From IMG/VR virus record IMGVR_UViG_3300046824_000124, positions 1 to 56,758 of that record: 56,758 nt of DNA. One strand, given 5' to 3'. Positions 44,249 through 52,806 of the stretch are shown piece by piece. The stretch comes from a virus (taxonomy: Duplodnaviria > Caudoviricetes). The position numbers and the translations under genes were made by a program. The notes beneath the pieces were generated by a model. The model did not search any database. It had not been told where the DNA came from and saw only the letters and a list, made by a program, of their open reading frames with translations. The stretch's first letter is position 1. Every line of letters begins with the position of its first letter.

Positions 44249-46296
44249 CAATACGCATGGGGATTCATTCTGCTCTCTCGGGGGCGAGCCCACGATTCGA
44301 ACAAGTATCCGCCGCACTCGGGGCGGATTTATTCTTGTGGGTGGCCCTCGTCCGCAAGCCCGATGGCACGACCGCGCCCAACAACGTCACCGATGCTCTT
44401 GCACGGCCAAGCGGCACTCACGTCCTCAGAGTGCCGACACCGATGCCCGACGAGCATCCCGACGACTGGATGCGGCACATCGTCCCTATCCTCGACCTCT
44501 GGGTAAGCGCGGGCATTCCACCAGGGGCGCTCATCGTGCAGCCGGGGAACGAACCCGACACGAAGGGCGTGGACGTGCCCGTGCCGTGGCATGTGGATGC
44601 ATGGCTCGCGGATGCGCACATGTACCGCGATGCCCTGAAAGCACGCTACCCGCGACTGCCGCTCCTCGCGCCACCACTGACGAGCATCCACACGCCCGCG
44701 ATCACCGGCGACTACCTGAACGGATACGAGGCGGCCGCCATTCACTGTTATTTCAGTGTCGATAATCCGGGCTGGCGTCAGGGGCGTGACGGCGGCGCGG
44801 CGTGGCGATGCGCTACTGATCTCGGCGTGCCCGTCTACGTGACCGAGGTGAACAGCAACCCGACGAGCAGCGATGAAATCCTTGCCTGGGCGCATGAGAT
44901 CGACAGCGACCTTGTGCTCGGCGCGTGCTGGTTTCTGCCCGACGCCAGCGGGACAGAGTTTGACCACTATAACGTGACGCCAGAGCAGGCGACGGCGGTG
45001 CGGGACGGGTTGCCTATCCCTTCCCCTTCCCCCCCCGATCCCAATCCGCCGCCGCCTCCGGGATACACGGGACAATCTGCACCGATGAACGGCGTTACCA
45101 CGGCAGCCGTGGGCTGGTCGGCAAAGGCGCCGCGTGAAGTGATCGACGCCTACAACCGCAACGCGCCGACGATCGGCTACGACCCGAACCTTGCCCTCGG
45201 ACAGAGCGCATTGGAGACGGGCTGGTGGACCTCACCCGCCTATCACAACCGTCACAATATGGCGGGCGTCGGCATCACGGGCGATAACGTGCTCGGCCCA
45301 ACCTGGGACACCATCGAGCAGGGCGTCCAGGCGCATCTCGCGCTCCTCAACTGCTACTACGGTGACGGCACCGATCCGTGGGGGCAGCTCACGCGGTTCG
45401 GGTTCGGTGGCTTCACGCTCGGCAAGACTGATCTGAACGGAATGAACGGCGTCTGGGCAGTGCCGGGGCTGACGTACGGCGATGACATCGCCCAGGTGGC
45501 GAACGCGGTGACGGGCGGCGTGGTGCCGGAACCGGGGCCGCAACCGACGCCTGCGCCGCAACACTATCAGATCGTCACCCCCGTTGATTGCCCTGTGGCG
45601 CAAGGCAGCGATGGCGGGTTCAGCCACGGTGGCAATGTCCCCGGTTTCTACGCCATCGATTACGGTTGCGAGCGCGGGACACCATGCAGAGCAGCCGCTG
45701 ATGGCACGGTGGGCGTGATCTACACCGCCGACTGGAATCCGATCAGCGCCCGCACCGGCCCGTCCATCTGGATCGACCACGACAACGGCTACAGCACGTT
45801 CTCCTGCCACATGTCGCGCATCGACGTGGCGACGGGAGGCCGCGTCACGCAGGGGCAGATCATCGGTCTGACGGGTGATCCCGCGATTGATGGCGGCTAT
45901 GGTTCGGGGGCGCATCTGCACTTCGAGACGTGGGACACAGCAACACACCTTCGCGTCAAAATGGAGGACTTAGAGGCCGCTGGCATTGCTGGCCCATACG
46001 ACTCGACACCCGTGGAGGAGGCACAAGATATGCTCGTAGAGACAGGCTATGACGATGGCATCCTTCGCCGCCAGTGGGACGGGCTAAAGACGGCAACGCA
46101 GATCAAGAAGGTCGGCGGGTTTGACCGTGCTCGTGGCATTGACCAGAAGTGGGAGTCTGAGATAAAGGCAGGGCGACCGCTGGGCTTTGCCATCTCTAAC
46201 GAGGAGAAGGATGCCGCCAGCGGGCGCGTGGTAAGGTTCTTCAGCAACGGGCGCATCACCTTCTTTCCCGCTGATGGCTCGGTGAAGGTCAACTAG
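44245..46296 (+). CDS. Multidomain endolysin: glycoside hydrolase + glucosaminidase + M23 peptidase
   Basis: GNEPD / HCY / VTEVN TIM-barrel GH motifs; Pro linker; LGQSALETGW..HNMAGVG; H...AIDY...AAADG...CHMS...HLHFE. Confidence 0.85.
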   Translation: MTIRMGIHSALSGASPRFEQVSAALGADLFLWVALVRKPDGTTAPNNVTDALARPSGTHVLRVPTPMPDEHPDDWMRHIVPILDLWVSAGIPPGALIVQPGNEPDTKGVDVPVPWHVDAWLADAHMYRDALKARYPRLPLLAPPLTSIHTPAITGDYLNGYEAAAIHCYFSVDNPGWRQGRDGGAAWRCATDLGVPVYVTEVNSNPTSSDEILAWAHEIDSDLVLGACWFLPDASGTEFDHYNVTPEQATAVRDGLPIPSPSPPDPNPPPPPGYTGQSAPMNGVTTAAVGWSAKAPREVIDAYNRNAPTIGYDPNLALGQSALETGWWTSPAYHNRHNMAGVGITGDNVLGPTWDTIEQGVQAHLALLNCYYGDGTDPWGQLTRFGFGGFTLGKTDLNGMNGVWAVPGLTYGDDIAQVANAVTGGVVPEPGPQPTPAPQHYQIVTPVDCPVAQGSDGGFSHGGNVPGFYAIDYGCERGTPCRAAADGTVGVIYTADWNPISARTGPSIWIDHDNGYSTFSCHMSRIDVATGGRVTQGQIIGLTGDPAIDGGYGSGAHLHFETWDTATHLRVKMEDLEAAGIAGPYDSTPVEEAQDMLVETGYDDGILRRQWDGLKTATQIKKVGGFDRARGIDQKWESEIKAGRPLGFAISNEEKDAASGRVVRFFSNGRITFFPADGSVKVN

Positions 46297-46787
46297 GCAT
46301 CATCAGGAAAGTTGAGCGCGGCATATTCGCCATGCACTTGACGGGCGGCGACATCGTAGGCGCGAGCGGCCTCTTCGCGCGTGCCATAGCAACCGAGATG
46401 GTGTGCGGCATGGTCGTATTGAATCTGTGCTCGCCACCGATTACCAGACCGGAAGACGCCGCGAAAGCCTGTGGTGTTCATCGTGAGTCGTGTGCGATTC
46501 GCATTGTTCTGCGTCCGCGTGGCCTCGCGAAGGTTGCTCCGCACATTGTTGAGACCGTTGCCGTCCCAGTGATCGGTGTCTTTATCCAGGGGCGTGTTGA
46601 GGATCATGCGATGCATGAAGACGCCGCGCGTGCCGCCGTCAAAATAGGTGATTGCGTAGTACGTCTTCCGCCCCTTGTTCACGTTCCACACATACTGTGA
46701 GACGAGCGGATAATCTTCCTTGTCCACGGTGGCGAAGAAGCCGACATACTTGCGACTACGAAGGGGAATCTGTACAGTTTCACTCAC
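46293..46787 (-). CDS. HNH-AP2 homing endonuclease
   Basis: MHRMIL...DHWDGNGLNNVRSNLREAT..QN; GFRGV...W.AQI...HLG.Y...EEAARAYD.AA...GEYA.LNF. Confidence 0.9.
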   Translation of the reverse strand: MSETVQIPLRSRKYVGFFATVDKEDYPLVSQYVWNVNKGRKTYYAITYFDGGTRGVFMHRMILNTPLDKDTDHWDGNGLNNVRSNLREATRTQNNANRTRLTMNTTGFRGVFRSGNRWRAQIQYDHAAHHLGCYGTREEAARAYDVAARQVHGEYAALNFPDDA

Positions 46788-46894
46788 GGCAGACCTCCAT
46801 CTGTCGTCGTCGCGCCCCACCGCTGGAACGGTGTTAGGGGCGCATTTCCTCTCCTGATTATAACCGATTTCCGCTGCTATAGGAAGGAAATGCC

Positions 46895-47194
46895 GTGCCT
46901 TGGTATCAATCCAAATACGCAAAAGCGGCGCTGGTCGCGGTCGCCACGGGCGCCATCTCCGCCATCATCATCTACCTCGGCATCATTGATGACGTGTCGC
47001 TCACGGGGCGGCAGATCATAAAAATAGTGGGGCTCGCCTTTATGGCGCCGTTCGCCACCCTCGTACGCTTCCTGCCCTCATTCCAGGACATCTTCAGCAG
47101 CGCGCCACAGGTCAATGCAGAGAACGTCGAGCAGATGACCGTGCTGCCGCCCGCCGATGCGCCCCCGACCGTGATGCCGCGGTCCACCAAATAA
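46895..47194 (+). CDS. Holin
   Basis: WYQSK N-terminus, two TM segments, after the endolysin. Confidence 0.7.
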   Translation: MPWYQSKYAKAALVAVATGAISAIIIYLGIIDDVSLTGRQIIKIVGLAFMAPFATLVRFLPSFQDIFSSAPQVNAENVEQMTVLPPADAPPTVMPRSTK

Positions 47195-47223
47195 CGCCTA
47201 CCACTTCCTTCCTTCCATTGCCC

Positions 47224-47274
47224 GCCCCTGCCACCGGATCGGTCTCCCCGCCGACACCGGAGCAGGGGCATTTT
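47224..47274 (+). terminator. Intrinsic terminator at the convergence of late and leftward operons
   Basis: GCCCCTGC...GCAGGGGC ATTTT long hairpin. Confidence 0.6.
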
Positions 47275-47510
47275 CACTTCCTGTCGGTCAGCTGCATCGC
47301 GGTGGTTGCAATCTCGTCCGCGATAGCGACAGCTTCCGCAGCATAGGTTCGCGCTTCCCGCAGTTGGGCCCGCAGTTCTCGTATCTCCGTATCCTTGTGG
47401 GCTGCCCGCTCCCATCTCGCGGCAAGCGGTAGGAGGATCAGGAGCGCGACCCCGACGAGGATGCCGAATGCAATCAATACCGTCGATGCGGAGAAGACCA
47501 CATAGCCCAT
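47274..47510 (-). CDS. Membrane-anchored coiled-coil protein
   Basis: N-terminal TM; GGGAG RBS. Confidence 0.6.
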   Translation of the reverse strand: MGYVVFSASTVLIAFGILVGVALLILLPLAARWERAAHKDTEIRELRAQLREARTYAAEAVAIADEIATTAMQLTDRK

Positions 47511-47719
47511 TCGTTACTCCCTGTCTCCAGCAGCGGTTCAATCACGTGCGATACGACACGCTCCTCGAAGGTCACGAAGCCGTTAGGTGCCACGGTGATG
47601 ACGACGGCGCTATCCGGCCCGGTGGGCCGCACATGGACGTTACCGGGTGTATCGGCGCCGACACGCACGGTCGTCAGCAGCATCACGAGCAGCGCCACGG
47701 CGAGCGAACGGCTATTCAT
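47474..47719 (-). CDS. Small secreted protein
   Basis: Signal peptide; ATGA overlap. Confidence 0.55.
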   Translation of the reverse strand: MNSRSLAVALLVMLLTTVRVGADTPGNVHVRPTGPDSAVVITVAPNGFVTFEERVVSHVIEPLLETGSNEWAMWSSPHRRY

Positions 47720-47973
47720 CGCCCTGCCTCTTCCTGCGCCGCCGCCTCGGACAGCGCCCTCTGCGCCTCCATATCCCGCAGGTGCTCAAGTGTCGCGTGG
47801 TACTCCCGCATCGTCACGAGATGCAGCACCTGCTCGCTGGACAACTTGTTCACGCCCGACAGGAACGCCATGTACGGCTCTATGAGGCGCATGCGCTGTT
47901 CGGGTGTGAAGGCGAGATGTTCGGCAACAGCGGCATCGATCTCGGCTTGGAGGTCGGCGTTATTGGTTGCCAT
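47716..47973 (-). CDS. Hypothetical protein
   Basis: AAGGAG RBS. Confidence 0.65.
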   Translation of the reverse strand: MATNNADLQAEIDAAVAEHLAFTPEQRMRLIEPYMAFLSGVNKLSSEQVLHLVTMREYHATLEHLRDMEAQRALSEAAAQEEAGR

Positions 47974-48460
47974 CACGCGCTCCTTCCGGTGGCGGGGCTG
48001 TCGGTTCGTTGATGGCGGACAGGGCGGCACGTCGAATGATGTCCCTGATGCTGTAGAGGCCGTGGCAGTAGTGGTGGGTGAGGTGTCTTCTCGCCGTATC
48101 GTCCACTCTCGCCAGCACTTCCCGCAACTGCACCAGCGGGTCACTGTCCGTGGGTGTTGCGGTCAGGACGGCGAGCAATCGAGACTCTAGGTCGCAATCC
48201 CACCCTTCGGCCCATGACCAGAAGGCGCTCATCACGGAATCGCTGTCCATCGGTGCATGTGCCTGCATCCAGATGCTCCAAGTGCGGATGAATGTCAGGC
48301 TGTTGAATGCGTCTGTGCTTGCCTCCCGCAACTGCACCAGCCCGCGCACGGCGGTATCGCGTTCGGTGCGGAGCGTGGCGGTCTCTGCTGCAAGCTCTTC
48401 CAATCCCTCGAAGATCGCCTTGGATACGGTGATAAGTTCCTGCTCTCGCTTCTCACTCAT
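47960..48460 (-). CDS. Hypothetical protein with internal LVQLRE repeat
   Basis: ORF in the leftward operon; CCCGCAACTGCACCAGC occurs twice. Confidence 0.65.
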   Translation of the reverse strand: MSEKREQELITVSKAIFEGLEELAAETATLRTERDTAVRGLVQLREASTDAFNSLTFIRTWSIWMQAHAPMDSDSVMSAFWSWAEGWDCDLESRLLAVLTATPTDSDPLVQLREVLARVDDTARRHLTHHYCHGLYSIRDIIRRAALSAINEPTAPPPEGARDGNQ

Positions 48461-48490
48461 CGTGCCCCGCACTCCTTCCCGCCCGCGGCG

Positions 48491-48793
48491 TCATTCCCGC
48501 TCCACCGCTCTGATTGCCGCCCGAATGTCCCGCAACAGTTGCATCGTCATATCCTCGCCATCCCCGACGCGGAACGCAGGGAGCGCTCCCTGCTCGGAGA
48601 GCCACGACATGAACGCCTCCGCACCCATCGCGCATTCAAGGAGCGCAGGGGCGGTCAGGAAGAGGCGTGCATCGTCCTCATTCGGGATCATCGCCGCGAC
48701 GACGCGCCCCTGCCCATTGACGATGCCAAGGTGCAGGCCGCTTGGGCCGCCTTTCGGTGCTAGGATCCAGGGTTGCTGTGTGATTGCCATCAA
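48491..48793 (-). CDS. Phage early protein (TQQPW...DARLFLTAPALL), paralog-like to 53746-54042
   Basis: TPGPW / ANARLIAAAPDL-type motif. Confidence 0.7.
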   Translation of the reverse strand: MMAITQQPWILAPKGGPSGLHLGIVNGQGRVVAAMIPNEDDARLFLTAPALLECAMGAEAFMSWLSEQGALPAFRVGDGEDMTMQLLRDIRAAIRAVERE

Positions 48794-49128
48794 AACGGCT
48801 CGCTTTCAGGATGATTCCAATCCACAACTACCGCCTGCCCGTCCCGCCCCTGGTGGGCGGTGTGGCGGTACATCTCGTCCAGATCGGCGTTGATGTCGGC
48901 ACGTGCCTCTGCTTCGTCGCGCATCTCGCGCTCGATGATCGCGTTCTTCACCACATCCTCGCGCTGTTGCCACGTCAGATGTTGGAAGCACATGGTATCG
49001 TCGGTGGAGATGCCGCCAATCCAGCCGCCGAAGATGCCCACCGAGTAGTCGGCGGGCTCCCAGTCGAGGACGATCGTAATCTCGCGGCCACAGACGGGGC
49101 AGATGGCGCGCTCGGTGTCGTCGTTCAT
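48790..49128 (-). CDS. Hypothetical Zn-ribbon protein
   Basis: CPVCG; EPADYSVGIFG. Confidence 0.7.
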   Translation of the reverse strand: MNDDTERAICPVCGREITIVLDWEPADYSVGIFGGWIGGISTDDTMCFQHLTWQQREDVVKNAIIEREMRDEAEARADINADLDEMYRHTAHQGRDGQAVVVDWNHPESEPF

Positions 49129-49131
49129 CGG

Positions 49132-49359
49132 TTACTCCTCATCCACTGGCCGCGCCACAGCCACAATGCCATGCACCGCCAGCGCGGCCACGAAGTCCCG
49201 CGCATCCCGTGGCGTGAAGGTCTCCGAACGGTAGGCGACCAACTGCTGCTCATCGGTGACGGTGGCGAGGCGAAGCAGACGTTCGAGGACGGCGTTGCCG
49301 CGTTCGGCATCGCCGCTGAGTAGGCGTTCATTGAGAGCGGCGAGTGCTTGGTCGTTCAT
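49132..49359 (-). CDS. Hypothetical protein
   Basis: GAGGGA RBS. Confidence 0.65.
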   Translation of the reverse strand: MNDQALAALNERLLSGDAERGNAVLERLLRLATVTDEQQLVAYRSETFTPRDARDFVAALAVHGIVAVARPVDEE

Positions 49360-49421
49360 GGTATGCTTCCCTCGTTCGTATTGTGGCGGTGGGCGGGGAT
49401 GATTCCCCGCCCGTTGTCGTC

Positions 49422-49664
49422 TCAGCCAATCAGGTGTGCGCCGGCGGCGATACGATCAACCCTGAGCGAGATCCGTGTGCCGCGGATAGAATCCCATCCG
49501 AAGATGAGGTCCGCGCCGCTTGATGTGGTCTGCAACCGCTCCGGCAAGACGACGCGGGCCTTCGGGGTGACGCCTTCGGTGCGGTAGGTCATGACGATGG
49601 CCTTGCGCTCATCGAGCGCCTTGTGAATCGTTGAGTACAATGCTACGGTATCGTGGATGGACAT
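49422..49664 (-). CDS. Stand-alone WYL-domain protein
   Basis: IHKALDERKAIVMTY......RVVLPERL......LIFGWDSIRGTRISLRVDRI. Confidence 0.75.
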   Translation of the reverse strand: MSIHDTVALYSTIHKALDERKAIVMTYRTEGVTPKARVVLPERLQTTSSGADLIFGWDSIRGTRISLRVDRIAAGAHLIG

Positions 49665-49724
49665 GGACTAGGCTCCTTGTCTGTCTGCCCTGTCGATGGT
49701 GGAACATCGGTGGGGCTTCTTCGT

Positions 49725-49922
49725 TTACGCCGCTTGCCGGATGCCGTAGTACGTCTTCGTCGCGCGCTCCTCGGTCGTGAGATTGCAATTCATCTCGAAG
49801 GTGCGATCCATGAGCGCCTCGTATGTCTTCTTGCTCGTCGCTTCCACCGTCTCGATGATCGTGTCATCGCGGCGACCGGCATGTGCGAGAACGATTTCGT
49901 ACCGGAGTGTTTGCTTTGCCAT
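49725..49922 (-). CDS. Hypothetical small protein, first gene of the leftward operon (cassette 3)
   Basis: GAAGGAG RBS. Confidence 0.7.
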   Translation of the reverse strand: MAKQTLRYEIVLAHAGRRDDTIIETVEATSKKTYEALMDRTFEMNCNLTTEERATKTYYGIRQAA

Positions 49923-49969
49923 CTCGTTTGCTCCTTCATCGTTCGGGGCATCTCCCCTTCACTGTCATT

Positions 49970-50080
49970 ATCTTACACCTATCTGCTAGATTTGTCAAGG
50001 GGTTTTGGGCTTGATTTTCTCACGGATATACGCTACGATACGGGCAGATACGTGAAAGGTGTCTGCTAGAATGTTTGACA
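49970..50080. promoter_or_regulatory. Leftward promoter and operator repeats of a divergent switch
   Basis: Minus-strand TTGACA (49993-49998) -17- TAAGAT (49970-49975); TCTGCTAGA at 49982 and 50062; CACCTATCTGC versus GCAGATACGTG near-inverted pair. Confidence 0.7.
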
Positions 50081-50289
50081 TGAAGATCGGGCGAGAAGAG
50101 TTCTACACTTTAGTTGAGGCCAGCGAGATCGTCGGTCTGAGCGCGAACACGCTGCGGGCGCAGATCAAGAACGGCGTCATTCCTGCGCGGCTCGTCGGCA
50201 AGACATACGTGGTGCGACCGAAAGACTTGGATCGCTATGTGCGCGATCACAAGGGCAAGCGCGGCCGCCCGCGCAAGAAGGACGCCTGA
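50071..50289 (+). CDS. Excisionase-like (HTH_17) DNA-binding protein with AT-hook tail
   Basis: YTLVEASEIVGLSANTLRAQIKNGVIPARLVGKTYVV...KRGRPRKK. Confidence 0.8.
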   Translation: MFDMKIGREEFYTLVEASEIVGLSANTLRAQIKNGVIPARLVGKTYVVRPKDLDRYVRDHKGKRGRPRKKDA

Positions 50290-50328
50290 GCATCGAGACT
50301 ACGGATCGTTCGGTAAGCCTTCTAATCG

Positions 50329-51750
50329 CTATCCCTGATGCCCACGCACGAACACGCCGTCATTCCAAACGATGCTATACCGGGGCGGGTGTTTCCTCCA
50401 GAAAGCGGCAGCCCCGCCCTGTTTCCCCTCAGTCGGCTCTACCTCCACCTCAACCCGCGCGATGAATGCCTCCACCAATGCCCGCAGATGCCCGATCCGC
50501 CGCTGCTCCCACGCGGCGCGCACCTCCTCATCCAGTCGGGCGCGGAGGTCGAGTAACGGCTTCACGGCGGCCAGATCGGGGATCGGCGGGAGGGCCGTCA
50601 GTTGCGCGTCTATCCCCGCCAACTCGCGCTGCTGCTCCTGCTCGATGCGAGCTATCCGTGCGGCGTCCAGTTCGCCGCGGGCGCGCATGCGATCTGTGGC
50701 GATCTGCTCGCGGATGAGCGCGTCCCGTTTGCGCACGAGACTACTGCGCCGACGCTTGGCGGGATCCTCGCGGATCTGTGCCCGTAGCTCGCGCTCGATC
50801 TCCGTGCGCTCCTCTGCGGTGATCGCAATCGAGGCTAACTGCTCCACCGCGTAGCCATCTGCGACATCGGCATCGACGGAGTAGCGCGGGAGGCGTCCCT
50901 CGGCACCCGGTGTTGTGTACCAGCGTCGTGGCGACCGCTTGTCCTTCGCCTGGTACATCCGCCGCTCCGTGCCCTTCACATAGAGAAACCCTGTCAGCAG
51001 TGCGGGTCCGAACGGTTCACGTCGCTTCGTCCGTTTGCGGGCATCCAGGATCGCCTGTACTGCGTCGAACGTCTCCCTACTCACGATAGCAGGATGCGCG
51101 TGCGGCACGACGATTCCGGCCCAATGTGACTCACCCAGATAGGCGCGGTTACGGAGCCACTGACGCATGCTGCACGTGTTGGCGTTGAACGCCACCGCCG
51201 TCAACTCGACGTTGCGTGTGGCGAGGAACATGTCGAATGCGCGCTGCGCGTCGCCGGCGTCCTCAGTCGGCTCCAGTCGCCCCTCACTGCTGAGGCGATA
51301 CCAACGCGGCGTGCGGCCGAGCCAATAGCCTTGCTCCGCCTTCCGGCTCATATTCGGGCGTACACGTTCCGCCAACTGCTGCGACTCATACGCGGCGAGC
51401 ACGCTCATAATGTCCCGGACCAGTTCATTGGAGAGATCAGGTTGCGTGACGGAGATCAGGGTGATGCGGTGGCGTTTGATGTGCTCGAAAAAGCGGAACA
51501 ACTCGGCCTTATTGCGCCCGATGCGGTCGAGTCGCCAGACGAGCACGACGTCTCCCGGCTGCAAGATGGCGAGCAATCGCTGATAGGCGGGCCGGTCGTC
51601 GCGGGTGCCGCTGAGGATGTCGACGAACTCATGCTGGATAGTTTCGCCGCGAGCCTTTGCGCCAGCGTGGATGGCGTCACGCTGCGTATCGAGGGAAACG
51701 CCCTGCTCCTGGCGCTGTGTGGAAATACGCAAATAGGCATACGCAGTCAC
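50329..51750 (-). CDS. Large serine recombinase (integrase)
   Basis: AYLRISTQRQ catalytic Ser, SGTRDDRP, VWRLDRIGR, E...LAERV, recombinase domain LRNRAYLG..HPAIVS, coiled coil; GTG start at 51750. Confidence 0.92.
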   Translation of the reverse strand: MTAYAYLRISTQRQEQGVSLDTQRDAIHAGAKARGETIQHEFVDILSGTRDDRPAYQRLLAILQPGDVVLVWRLDRIGRNKAELFRFFEHIKRHRITLISVTQPDLSNELVRDIMSVLAAYESQQLAERVRPNMSRKAEQGYWLGRTPRWYRLSSEGRLEPTEDAGDAQRAFDMFLATRNVELTAVAFNANTCSMRQWLRNRAYLGESHWAGIVVPHAHPAIVSRETFDAVQAILDARKRTKRREPFGPALLTGFLYVKGTERRMYQAKDKRSPRRWYTTPGAEGRLPRYSVDADVADGYAVEQLASIAITAEERTEIERELRAQIREDPAKRRRSSLVRKRDALIREQIATDRMRARGELDAARIARIEQEQQRELAGIDAQLTALPPIPDLAAVKPLLDLRARLDEEVRAAWEQRRIGHLRALVEAFIARVEVEVEPTEGKQGGAAAFWRKHPPRYSIVWNDGVFVRGHQG

Positions 51751-51813
51751 GGCTTGCGTATTTCCACACAAGAATACGCAAGCTGGCATACGCGGTCACG
51801 GCTTGCGTATTCT
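51716..51813. repeat. Tandem 49-bp-period repeat forming two perfect inverted repeats over the integrase start (candidate att/regulatory site)
   Basis: 17-bp IR 51716-51732/51754-51770; 13-bp IR 51771-51783/51801-51813; 27-nt direct repeat at 51736 and 51785 with one mismatch. Confidence 0.85.
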
Positions 51814-52215
51814 CTCCAACGCCTCCATCGGTTCCCTGTTTGCACCGGATGCAGCGATCGCTCAGGGAACGGCAGAAATCTCCATAAAACGCGCATCCTC
51901 TGGATAGCCATCGGTGGCAATCTTCCCGCTGAAAATCTATCTATTGCCGTCATGCCGTGATCCATGCATCTATGTACAGGCGTAGCAAATAGCAAGGAAA
52001 CGCCGTCGCGGCCGTGGCTGTGTACCTGGCGTCCGAAGCCGCAGTCACTTCCCATTGGTGCAAATCTTGCCAATGGCAACTTCTTGCGGGACTCAGATCG
52101 TTCACCCATAATCCCGCCGCGACAACGGACGTGGCGGGACAGCAACGAAGGGTGCGAACTATGCAGCGGATGGCAGGGATTCCGGCGTGTGCGGACGAAG
52201 ACAAACTCGAGAACA

Positions 52216-52686
52216 TCACGCATTTTCCGGTGGCAGATCCGGTTCGGATTGGTCCCTTTGCCCGCCTATGGCGCGCCTTCGCCTCTGAGATGCCTGATCC
52301 ACCTGACGCTCGACGCGTAGTCCCCATTCGTGGACGAACCGCGCGTAGGCGACGATATGATCCGCCGCGAACGGTTCCCGCAGATAGGGAATAGCGAGCC
52401 TCAGCGTCGCCATGATCTTTTCGTCACCGCCATGCAGCAGCGGCGGTACGTGACCCGCCCAGGTCAGCAGCGCTTCCACCGGCACGTGAATATGCGATGC
52501 CAGTGCGCGCAAGGTCTCCGGTGACGGCCGGTGTGGATGCGTCTCCGAGAGGATATTCCCAATCGTGCTACTCGCGATACCGGCCCGCTGTGCAAGATCG
52601 TTCTGTGAGATGTGCTGGTCAATGAGCGCCTGACGGATCGCCTGTCGAATGCGCTCAATACCCGGCGCGGCCTTCGGCACGTTCAA
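52216..52686 (-). CDS. CI-like XRE repressor
   Basis: ISQNDLAQRAGIASSTIGNIL...RPSPETLRALA...LLTWAG; divergent from a cro-like gene, upstream of the integrase. Confidence 0.85.
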   Translation of the reverse strand: MNVPKAAPGIERIRQAIRQALIDQHISQNDLAQRAGIASSTIGNILSETHPHRPSPETLRALASHIHVPVEALLTWAGHVPPLLHGGDEKIMATLRLAIPYLREPFAADHIVAYARFVHEWGLRVERQVDQASQRRRRAIGGQRDQSEPDLPPENA

Positions 52687-52691
52687 ACCCT

Positions 52692-52796
52692 CCGTTCAAT
52701 GCCCCACGTCCAAGTCTGCAACGTTGAACGCTTACGCGCAAGCAGTGTTGACAAATCGTCCAATACGCGCTACAGTCACTTTGACGCATTGAACGG
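52692..52796. promoter_or_regulatory. Lysis-lysogeny switch: rightward promoter and operator repeats
   Basis: TTGACA (52748) -17- TACAGT (52771); CCGTTCAATGC (52692) and GCATTGAACGG (52786) perfect inverted pair. Confidence 0.75.
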
Positions 52797-52806
52797 GGAG
52801 GCAAAT

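Noticed and set aside
51747-52223. 158-aa minus-strand ORF between repressor and integrase
   Set aside because: It overlaps both neighbours in a coupling-like way but has atypical composition and no recognisable motif (no ImmA-like HEXXH); left uncalled
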